Assembly: GCA_963797095.1 (NCBI GenBank)
Contig: CAWCNY010000007.1
Location: forward strand, 48,284 to 72,283
Source: an uncultured Chloroflexia bacterium
Lineage (GTDB): Bacteria > Chloroflexota > Chloroflexia > QHBQ01 > JADMIH01
DNA length: 24,000 nucleotides
Reading direction: 5' to 3'
The position numbers were made by a program, and so were the translations under genes. Of this stretch, positions 15,219 through 21,751 are shown piece by piece. Each line of letters begins with the position of its first letter. Position 1 is the stretch's first letter. Below the pieces are notes generated by a model that saw only the letters and a list, made by a program, of their open reading frames with translations, had not been told where the DNA came from and did no database searches.

Positions 15219-16210
15219 ACAAATTCCCGGTGTCGCTGATAATGACTGTGAGGAACGAGGCAAACAGCCTGCCCGGACTGCTGGAAAGCATCCTGACGGG
15301 GACGGCATTGCCCTCAGAGATCGTGATTGTGGATGGAGGGTCGAGCGACGGCACGCCGGATGTGGCGCGAGCCTACGCAGATAGGTTGCCCATAAGGCTC
15401 ATTGAGAGGCCGGGGGCGAATATATCGGAGGGGCGTAACGCGGCTATCGAGGCGGCGCAATACGAGGTCATCGCAGCCACAGACGCGGGGGTGCGCCTTG
15501 AGGCCGGGTGGTTGGAAGCACTGGTGGGGCCGTTCTTTGAGGACGGAGGTTCGGTTGATGTCGTGTCGGGTTTCTTCGTGGCCGACCCGCGCACTCCCTT
15601 CGAGCGGGCTATGGGCGCGACCGTGCTCCCTGCTCTGGAAGATATAGAGCCTGAGAAGTTCCTGCCGTCAAGCAGGTCGGTGGCGTTTCGGAAGGAAGCG
15701 TGGGCCGAGGCGGGGGGATACCCCGAATGGCTCGATTATTGCGAAGACCTCGTTTTTGACATGGCACTACGCGAGCGGGGGAAGCGGTTCGCGTTCGCGC
15801 CGGGGGCGGTGGCGCATTTCAGGCCACGCCCGACGCTCAAGGCGTTTTTCGTGCAATATTACCGGTACGCCAGGGGCGACGGCAAAGCCGATCTGTGGCG
15901 CAAGAGGCATGCAGTCCGCTATGCGACCTATATAGTGGGGGGTTGGGTGGCAGCCTGGGCCCGGGGGGAGCGCGGATCGGTTGCGGGCAAGTTGGCGATG
16001 GCGCTCATGCCGGCGGCGGGCGCTGCTTATTGCAGGAGGCCATACGCGAGGTTATTGCCCACGTTGCGCGGGCAGTCTCCCGTCGCGACTCTCTACGCGC
16101 TGGCGCTCGTGCCGGTGATAAGGCTCACGGGCGATATAGCCAAGATGCTCGGTTACCCGGTGGGGGTGTGGTGGCGATTGACGCGCAAGTCTCGCGGGCA
16201 TCGCAAGTGA
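15215..16210 (+). CDS. Glycosyltransferase family 2 protein
   Basis: VSLIMTVRNEANSLPGLLESIL...EIVIVDGGSSDGT...ATDAG is a GT-A fold N-terminus of GT2 type. The C-terminal part is hydrophobic. An ATGA overlap with the upstream gene lies at 15215-15218. Confidence 0.8.
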   Translation: MNKFPVSLIMTVRNEANSLPGLLESILTGTALPSEIVIVDGGSSDGTPDVARAYADRLPIRLIERPGANISEGRNAAIEAAQYEVIAATDAGVRLEAGWLEALVGPFFEDGGSVDVVSGFFVADPRTPFERAMGATVLPALEDIEPEKFLPSSRSVAFRKEAWAEAGGYPEWLDYCEDLVFDMALRERGKRFAFAPGAVAHFRPRPTLKAFFVQYYRYARGDGKADLWRKRHAVRYATYIVGGWVAAWARGERGSVAGKLAMALMPAAGAAYCRRPYARLLPTLRGQSPVATLYALALVPVIRLTGDIAKMLGYPVGVWWRLTRKSRGHRK

Positions 16211-16240
16211 TATACTTAAGGCGACAATCCTGGAGGTGTT

Positions 16241-17047
16241 ATGCAGGATCAGGTTGGTCTGATCACTAACGAAGGATATCACGAAAGGCTGATGCTGCTG
16301 GCGAAGTCGGCGGCGGCGGGGTTCCGCAGCCTGTCGCTGGCGGCTGATGGCGGGTCGAGTGAGGATGTGGGTGGAGCGCTCTGCTGGTACTCGACTTCGT
16401 ATGTGCCGGTGTTCAACGGGGCGGCCATCCTGGACGGGAGCCTGTTCACGCGCTCTACCATCAATCTTATCGAGCGGTATTTCAGGCACAGAGGGCGGCC
16501 ATACAGCATCATGACGCTGGAGGCGCTTGTGCCACGCGCCTCGGAGATGCTGGCACCCTTCAACTACGTCGAGTATGACAGCATGCCCGCTATGTGGTTA
16601 GAGGGAATGCCCGCCAACAACCCACCTCCTTCCCGCGAGGTGTGGATCAGGCAGGTCGATTCGCCGGTGCCGCTGTCGGTGTTCCGCAGGATTTTGAGCA
16701 CTGTGTTTCACCTGAGCATGCAGGAAGTGAATCTTGTGCTGGGGGAGCGGACGCTGACGATAGAGCATGTGCGGCACTACCTGGCGTGGGTGGGCAATAC
16801 GCCGGTTGGCACGGCTTCGCTGGTGCTGTCGGATGGGATGGCGGGGGTGTGGAACGTGGGCACGATGCCCGAATACAGGCACAGGGGCGTGGCGGCCACC
16901 CTCATGCACCACATCCTGTCGGAAGCGCGTGCGATGGGATACAAGAGCAGTATGCTGCTGGCATCGAACGAGGGCCAGCCGCTATACGAGCGGCTGGGGT
17001 ACGAGACCCTGAGCCATATAAGGGTGTTCGTGCCGCTCAGGATGTAA
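16241..17047 (+). CDS. GNAT family N-acetyltransferase
   Basis: The C-terminal acetyl-CoA binding motif is HRGVAATLMHHILSEARAMGYKSSMLLASNEGQPLYERLGYE. GGAGG lies 5 nt before the ATG. Confidence 0.75.
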   Translation: MQDQVGLITNEGYHERLMLLAKSAAAGFRSLSLAADGGSSEDVGGALCWYSTSYVPVFNGAAILDGSLFTRSTINLIERYFRHRGRPYSIMTLEALVPRASEMLAPFNYVEYDSMPAMWLEGMPANNPPPSREVWIRQVDSPVPLSVFRRILSTVFHLSMQEVNLVLGERTLTIEHVRHYLAWVGNTPVGTASLVLSDGMAGVWNVGTMPEYRHRGVAATLMHHILSEARAMGYKSSMLLASNEGQPLYERLGYETLSHIRVFVPLRM

Positions 17048-17111
17048 GTTCCAAGTTCCAAGTTCCTGGTAGTCGGTAGTCGGTAGTCGGAACTAGAGAC
17101 TTGGAACTTAC
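17044..17111. terminator. Heptamer-array hairpin between convergent genes; likely a bidirectional terminator or insulator
   Basis: GTAAGTTCCAAGT (17044-17056) is the exact reverse complement of ACTTGGAACTTAC (17099-17111). The loop is (GTTCCAA)x2 GTTCCTG (GTAGTCG)x3 in one 7-nt register (17048-17089). The TAA stops of both flanking genes (17045-17047 plus strand, 17110-17108 minus strand) lie in the stem arms. No U-tract follows. Confidence 0.6.
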
Positions 17112-17515
17112 GGTCGCAGCGCCTTCGGTATCCTGGTGTAGCGCCACTTCTGCTGGCGATTAGCCATTATCTCAATGTTCTCCCACACGTCGGGGCCTAC
17201 ATCGGGGCGGATTGTGGGAAGCCACTCTTTAACGCGCTCCCAGGTGTAATCCACGCTTTCAATTGCGTCGAAAAGAAGGTCTTCGCTCAGGAGGTTCTGA
17301 TCTACCAGGGCACCTACCATCTCCCAGTAGCCGAGGATGGTGGTCAGCATGCGCCATTCGTCGCTGCCTCTAGGGTATTTCTCATGCACCTCTGCCCAGG
17401 TGCCCGGCTGGAATTCAGCGTTGAACCACTTCTCCGACGCCTGCAAGTATGGGTCGAGCCTTAGCTTGAACAACCTGACCATTAAATGTGCGTCTTCTTG
17501 AGTGGGTATGCTCAC
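17108..17515 (-). CDS. Hypothetical protein (135 aa, predicted helical), bracketed by heptamer arrays
   Basis: AGGAGA lies 6 nt upstream of GTG 17515, while ATG 17482 has no RBS. The sequence is VSIPTQEDAHLMVRLFKLRLDPYLQASEKWFNAEF...WEMVGALVDQNLLSEDLLFDAIESV. I recognise no family. The track ORF start at 17863 only arises by reading through the array and the neighbouring leader. Confidence 0.55.
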   Translation of the reverse strand: MSIPTQEDAHLMVRLFKLRLDPYLQASEKWFNAEFQPGTWAEVHEKYPRGSDEWRMLTTILGYWEMVGALVDQNLLSEDLLFDAIESVDYTWERVKEWLPTIRPDVGPDVWENIEIMANRQQKWRYTRIPKALRP

Positions 17516-17530
17516 GGGTTGTCTCCTGAT

Positions 17531-17607
17531 GGTAGTCGGTAGTCGGTAGTCGGTAGTCGGTAGTCGGTAGTCGGTAGTCGGTAGTTCCTGGTTCCTGGTT
17601 CCTGGGT
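17531..17607. repeat. Composite heptamer array (GGTAGTC)x7 + GGTAGTT, then (CCTGGTT)x2 + CCTGGGT
   Basis: Read directly as eleven in-register units. It has the same motif order and orientation as 7285-7340. Confidence 0.95.
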
Positions 17608-17647
17608 TGCTTTGCACTATGGGTAGTTTTGTAGGGCTTGGGAGGCC

Positions 17648-17677
17648 AGTATACAGGTAGGAGAAGGTGGGTGGCAA
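17648..17677 (-). promoter_or_regulatory. Candidate sigma-70 promoter for the 17515 gene; the arrays would lie in its 5' UTR
   Basis: Minus strand: TTGCCA (17677-17672), 18 nt, TATACT (17653-17648). Confidence 0.3.
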
Positions 17678-17718
17678 GCCTGAGACGTGAGACGTAGCAG
17701 AAATGCGCCTCGCGTCCC

Positions 17719-17747
17719 TTGCCTGTGAGGGAGGTATTGCATATAAT
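17719..17747 (+). promoter_or_regulatory. Sigma-70 promoter of the tyrS T-box leader
   Basis: TTGCCT (17719-17724), 17 nt, TATAAT (17742-17747). Confidence 0.55.
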
Positions 17748-17908
17748 GGCAGGCACAAGAGAATATACGCAGGTGTGGAACGAAGAAGAAGTAGCTGCGC
17801 GGTGGGCCTACCAGAGAGGGGGCGGGTGGTGCGAATCCCCAGGAGCCGCATGGCGAAATACACCTTCGGGAGCCTGCCGGGTTGCGCCCGTTACAGCGTG
17901 GGGTCGAG

Positions 17909-17943
17909 CGTGATACGTGATGGGTAATACGTGATACGTGAGA
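17909..17943 (+). repeat. Degenerate heptamer array CGTGATA CGTGATG GGTAATA CGTGATA CGTGAGA inside the T-box leader
   Basis: Read directly. A related (TGAGACG)x2 lies at 17681-17694, upstream of the promoter. Confidence 0.7.
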
Positions 17944-18003
17944 CCGGCAGAGGCGCGGATCGTGAGGTCTGCGTGAAGCAACGGTGGTAACACGAAGCTT
18001 GTT

Positions 18004-18040
18004 AGCTTTGTCCGTCGCAGTGGCGGGCAAGGCTTTTTTG
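18004..18040 (+). terminator. T-box leader terminator
   Basis: AGCUUUGUCCG-ucgcagugg-CGGGCAAGGCU (11-bp stem with two G-U pairs) followed by UUUUUG. Confidence 0.6.
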
Positions 18041-18202
18041 TTGGCCTGGAGTACGTCCGGTTTTGGTACACGAAGAAGCGAAGAAGGACGAAGGGCACGG
18101 AGGATGCTTTTGGGTTTCACCATGGAGGCACTGAGTCATTCAGGAGAATGATACGCACTTCTAGCTTTGAACTTCAACCCTTCAAAAAACTAAAGGAGAG
18201 TA

Positions 18203-19600
18203 ATGGCAATGGATAATCGTGAGGCTGTAGGGCCTGAGGAGCTGCATGCGGAGATTCGCGAGGAGCGGGAGGAGATGGTAGCGGAGGCTTCTTCCGAGAT
18301 GTCGGAGGAGTTGAGCGACCTGGAGGCCGAGGCTCAAGCGCGGTCGGGCGTGCAACTGGAGGAGGCCGAAAGGTGGCAGGGAGTGGATACGAGCGATGCC
18401 ACGGTGCATGAGATCATGACGCGGGGCGTCGTGGACGTGATCGTGCGGGAGGAATTGGAGAAGGCGCTGCGGTCTGGCCGGAAGCTGCGCGTGAAGCTTG
18501 GGATCGACCCGACAGGGCCGCTGCTGCACGTTGGACGGTCGGTGCCGCTGTTCAAGCTGCGACAGTTCCAGCAGGCGGGCCATCAGGTAGTGTTGATCAT
18601 TGGAGATGGTACGGCGCTGGTGGGCGATGCTTCGGACAAGGATACCGAGCGGCCCCTCCTGACATCGGAGCAGATCGAGCAGAACATGGCGACCTACAAA
18701 GAGCAGGTGGGCAAGGTGCTCGACCTGGACAAGGTGGAGTTCAGGCACAACGGCGACTGGCTGTTGCAGTTGGGGCTGAAGGATTTGATCAGGCTGGCGT
18801 CGAAGTTCACTGTGGCGCAGATGATCCAGCGCGAGAACTTCTCGGACAGGTGGGAGCAGGGCAAGCCGATAGGGTTGCACGAGATTCTGTACCCGCTTAT
18901 GCAGGGGTTCGACTCGGTGGCGATCAACTCCGACCTTGAGCTAGGCGGCACCGACCAGTTGTTCAACCTGATGGCCGGGCGGGCGTTGCAGGAGGACTTC
19001 GGGCAGCCGCCGCAGGCCGTGATGACCATGCAGATGATCCCTGGCACCGATGGGCGCAAGATGTCAACGTCCTGGGGGAACGCTGTTTGGATCCTTGACG
19101 ATGCGAAAGAGCAGTTCGGCAAGATCATGTCGATGGGCGACCACGTGATCCCGACCTACCTGGAGTCGGTGACAACCATTCCTATGGACGAGGTGAAGCG
19201 CATAGAGGCCGGGCTTGCGGACGGAAGCGTGCACCCGATGGACGCGAAGAAACGGCTGGCGTGGGAGATCGTGAACCTGTATCACGGGCAGGAGGAGGCG
19301 GACCGCGCACAGGCCGATTTCGAGGCGCAGTTCCAGCAAAGGGGATTGCCGAGCGATATACCTGAGGTGCAGATCGATCGCGTCCTGGTCGCCAAAGCCG
19401 ACGAAGCAGGCGAGATTGGCATCCTCGACCTGCTGGTGAATACGGGACTTGCGCCCAACCGTAAACAGGCGCAAAGGCTGGTGGAGCAAGGTGGCGTCCG
19501 CATAAACGACGAACGCATCACCGACCGGGCGCAGATGGTAAAGCCGGTGCCCGGAATGGTGGTGAAGGCGGGACGGAGCTTTGTGCGGATAGTAGAATGA
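18203..19600 (+). CDS. tyrS: Tyrosine--tRNA ligase with a ~70-aa acidic N-terminal extension
   Basis: GIDPTGPLLHVGRSVPLFKLRQFQQAGHQVVLIIGDGTALVGDASDK covers the HIGH-region equivalent. LELGGTDQLFN and KMSTS (the KMSKS loop) are present. The C-terminus has an S4-like RKQAQRLVEQGGVRINDERI. AAGGAGAG lies 3 nt before ATG 18203. A Tyr T-box lies upstream. Confidence 0.9.
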   Translation: MAMDNREAVGPEELHAEIREEREEMVAEASSEMSEELSDLEAEAQARSGVQLEEAERWQGVDTSDATVHEIMTRGVVDVIVREELEKALRSGRKLRVKLGIDPTGPLLHVGRSVPLFKLRQFQQAGHQVVLIIGDGTALVGDASDKDTERPLLTSEQIEQNMATYKEQVGKVLDLDKVEFRHNGDWLLQLGLKDLIRLASKFTVAQMIQRENFSDRWEQGKPIGLHEILYPLMQGFDSVAINSDLELGGTDQLFNLMAGRALQEDFGQPPQAVMTMQMIPGTDGRKMSTSWGNAVWILDDAKEQFGKIMSMGDHVIPTYLESVTTIPMDEVKRIEAGLADGSVHPMDAKKRLAWEIVNLYHGQEEADRAQADFEAQFQQRGLPSDIPEVQIDRVLVAKADEAGEIGILDLLVNTGLAPNRKQAQRLVEQGGVRINDERITDRAQMVKPVPGMVVKAGRSFVRIVE

Positions 19601-19679
19601 TCGCAAAGGTACAGGCGTAAGGTGGGTCTTGTGCCCGTTGCGCGCATCATGCTAAGGCATGGCAAGCCTCTATGCCTGG

Positions 19680-19790
19680 GTCATCCTGATACGAAGTGAA
19701 GGATCTCGATCCTCGCGTACACTCCTGGGTTTGGTACGCTCCCAAAGAGCGATCTTGAAGGACGTCATCCTTCACTTCGTTCAGGATGAC
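19680..19790. repeat. Long inverted-repeat element between convergent genes (GTCATCCTGA...GAAGGAT / ATCCTTC...TCAGGATGAC type)
   Basis: 19680-19704 and 19767-19790 are reverse complements, 14 + 10 bp with a single-nt bulge, separated by a 62-nt spacer. Inner mini-palindromes are AGGATC-tc-GATCCT and GAAGGA-cgtca-TCCTTC. Confidence 0.8.
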
Positions 19791-19861
19791 GGGCCCTCAC
19801 CTGGCACTTCGAGAACGGCATGCGCCTCTCCTAAGCGTGAAATGCCCAGCTTGATTCGTCA

Positions 19862-20869
19862 TCAGCGATCATAGCAACTCAGCACCGCATCCCAGGCAAC
19901 CTCGCTTGTGAGAGCGCCCAGTGCCACGTCGTTCAGGGCGGGGTTGTCCACTTCGCCTGTGCTGATCGCCCACAGCACATCTCCATCGTAGACCGTGTGG
20001 AAGGGCTGGATTGCGCGGGCCATTGAGGTATGGACCAGGCGGGCGAACTGGCGCAAAGACCACGCGAGGCCCCGGTCGGCGTTGAGGCGCTGGTTGGTGA
20101 CGGCTACGGTGAGAGTGGTGTTGCCGGGGGTGGGTTCGGGGGCGGGTTCTTCGGGGGAAGGCTGGCCCAGACGCAGGCCATCGACGAGGTGGTGGCGCTC
20201 GCCCGTGGTGGGGTCGAGGTTGCCTCGCACGACATTGCCCTGGCGGTCTACGATTGCGCCCACGGCGTTGACTACTGTAAAGACCGCCATACGCGTTGGA
20301 CCGAACTGGCGAAAGGCCGCGCCCTGGCCCGAAGGCTCACCCTCGTGCGTTGGACGCAGTCCTTTGCCGACGGTGGCCGAGCATCCCGCCCCATGCGAGC
20401 CGAGCGGGAACCAACCTTCGCGAGCCGACCGGATGGCGGCGCGGCCCAGCGCCTTGTCCGGGTAAATAGCGTTGGGACGGCGCAGGTTGTAGTCGAAGAT
20501 GATGCCGCCCGACACAACGGGGATGTCGGCCCAGCCCGTGGCATACCCGCGCATAGCGAACATTTCGGCGACCACGCCGGAGGTGGCTTCTAGGCCAAGC
20601 ACCGAGCCGCCCGCCAGGCAAACCGCGTGCAGGCGGTCGCGGCCCTCGGTGAGGATCGTGCCGTGTGAGCCGCCGCGCACATCCACGCTGCAATTGACGA
20701 TCTTGCCACCGAATGAGAGGACAGTGCAGCCGGTCGGTCCCTCGCGGTATTCGGTCACACCGATCTGTAAGCCGGGGAAGTCGAAGCTGAGGATTGGGCC
20801 GTCTGATGCGGTCGGGATGTAGGGAGTGAGAGAGGCGTTGTCGTTGGTCAGCGGGATTGGCGGCTCCAT
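19862..20869 (-). CDS. P1 / S58 family peptidase (DmpA-like aminopeptidase)
   Basis: GPTGCTVLSF, SVDVRGGSHGT, GLEATSGV and PGNTTLTVAVTNQRL resemble the DmpA/S58 Ntn-hydrolase family. AGGAGC lies 7 nt before the ATG. Confidence 0.75.
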   Translation of the reverse strand: MEPPIPLTNDNASLTPYIPTASDGPILSFDFPGLQIGVTEYREGPTGCTVLSFGGKIVNCSVDVRGGSHGTILTEGRDRLHAVCLAGGSVLGLEATSGVVAEMFAMRGYATGWADIPVVSGGIIFDYNLRRPNAIYPDKALGRAAIRSAREGWFPLGSHGAGCSATVGKGLRPTHEGEPSGQGAAFRQFGPTRMAVFTVVNAVGAIVDRQGNVVRGNLDPTTGERHHLVDGLRLGQPSPEEPAPEPTPGNTTLTVAVTNQRLNADRGLAWSLRQFARLVHTSMARAIQPFHTVYDGDVLWAISTGEVDNPALNDVALGALTSEVAWDAVLSCYDR

Positions 20870-21033
20870 TTGGGGTGCTCCTGTAAACCGAAAGGGTAGT
20901 TTGATCGTATTCTAACTTGCCTGTGCAAGAAAGGCAGAACTTCCGGGCGGAATCAGTCGTTATACTGATGCGAAGTCGCGGAGTCTATGCTAGAGTGTGG
21001 ACGGCTGTACCAATTACATCGCGAGGAACCAGG

Positions 21034-21633
21034 ATGGATGCCCATACCGAGTTATCACCGCATTTGATAGAAGATTTCGTGCTGTCGTGCCACGGCAATT
21101 ATCCGAGGGTGCGGGCTATGCTCGACTACGAGCCGCGCCTGGTGAGCGCCAGGTGGCTGAGGTTTGACGAGAATGGGTTGGAGGCAGCCGGGCACATGGG
21201 GCGAGCCGACATCGCCAACCATTTGCTGGCGAAGGGCGAGCCGCTCACGATCTTCGCCGCCGCTATGCTGGGGAGGACGGAGGATGTGGCGGCATTCCTG
21301 AAAGAAGACCCGTCACTGGCAACGGCAAACGGCGTGCACGGCATCTCGATTTTATATCACGCAGCCTTGAGTGGGAAGGTCGAGATTGCAGAGATGCTGG
21401 TGGCACATGGGGGAGGCGAAGGCGCGAGCCACGCGCTGCATGCCGCGGTCAGGCCCGGACACGCCGAGATGGTTGAGTGGCTGCTGGCGCGGGGCGGCGA
21501 TCCGAATACTCTCAATTTTGAGGGGAAAACCACCCTCGATGTGGCACTCGCGCAAGGTCATAAAGCAATGGCGGACATATTGAGGTTGAAGGGTACAATT
21601 GAAAGCCCTTTGGAGCACGATATGGGCGCATAG
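21034..21633 (+). CDS. Ankyrin-repeat protein
   Basis: Repeats of ankyrin type are visible: GISILYHAALSGKVEIAEMLVAHGG, HALHAAVRPGHAEMVEWLLARGGDPN and GKTTLDVALAQGHKAMADIL. I placed the start at ATG 21034, with GAGGAA upstream. Confidence 0.7.
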   Translation: MDAHTELSPHLIEDFVLSCHGNYPRVRAMLDYEPRLVSARWLRFDENGLEAAGHMGRADIANHLLAKGEPLTIFAAAMLGRTEDVAAFLKEDPSLATANGVHGISILYHAALSGKVEIAEMLVAHGGGEGASHALHAAVRPGHAEMVEWLLARGGDPNTLNFEGKTTLDVALAQGHKAMADILRLKGTIESPLEHDMGA

Positions 21634-21679
21634 GAAGCGGCGCGTAACAGAGCGGGGCTAATCTGCGGGCACGTTTAGT

Positions 21680-21709
21680 TTGCGCTTTCTGAGAAAAGCA
21701 GGTTATAAT
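21680..21709 (+). promoter_or_regulatory. Candidate sigma-70 promoter for the membrane-protein gene
   Basis: TTGCGC (21680-21685), 18 nt, TATAAT (21704-21709). Confidence 0.35.
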
Positions 21710-21751
21710 CTGCCGCAAATCAGTGTAACATCAAGTGGAGGTAGCTACACT

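Larger units (their letters stand above)
17754..18040 (+). promoter_or_regulatory. T-box riboswitch leader with tyrosine specifier (UAC)
   Basis: The expected elements occur in the canonical order:
- GAAGAAGAAGUAG at the stem I base
- AG bay AGAGAG (17813-17818)
- distal loop GGUGGUGCGAA
- specifier loop GAAA-UAC-A, with UAC at 17859-17861
- F-box CCGUUA (17888-17893)
- T-box-like AACGGUGGUAACACG (17980-17994), containing UGGU
- a terminator at 18004-18040, whose 5' side (CCGUCGC) can alternatively pair with GCAACGG of the T-box

The downstream gene is tyrS. Confidence 0.7.

Noticed and set aside
7285-17607. Could the tandem arrays be CRISPR arrays?
   Set aside because: The period is 7 nt with no spacers, and no cas genes or leader are present. 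These are simple tandem repeats.
18060-18095. The purine-rich CGAAGAAGCGAAGAAGGACGAAGG stretch as another heptamer array
   Set aside because: The CGAAG spacing is 8 and 10 nt, not a constant 7. It is related in composition to the GACGAAG units but is not a phased array.
17415-18123. ORFs 17108..17863 (5' part), 17415..17756 and 17617..18123 (minus), and small plus-strand ORFs
   Set aside because: They exist only because the heptamer arrays are stop-free on the minus strand (LPTTDYRLPTT). They run across a promoter and the T-box leader. An RBS supports a start at 17515 instead.
18182-19606. Minus-strand ORFs (232 aa and 180 aa) antisense to tyrS
   Set aside because: For the same reason: these are Leu/Arg/His/Pro-rich shadow ORFs opposite a well-supported tyrS.
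19659-19874. 71-aa ORF spanning the inverted-repeat element
   Set aside because: Its sequence is simply the two repeat arms read in frame (VILIRSEG ... ILHFVQDD). It has no RBS and lies between convergent gene ends.
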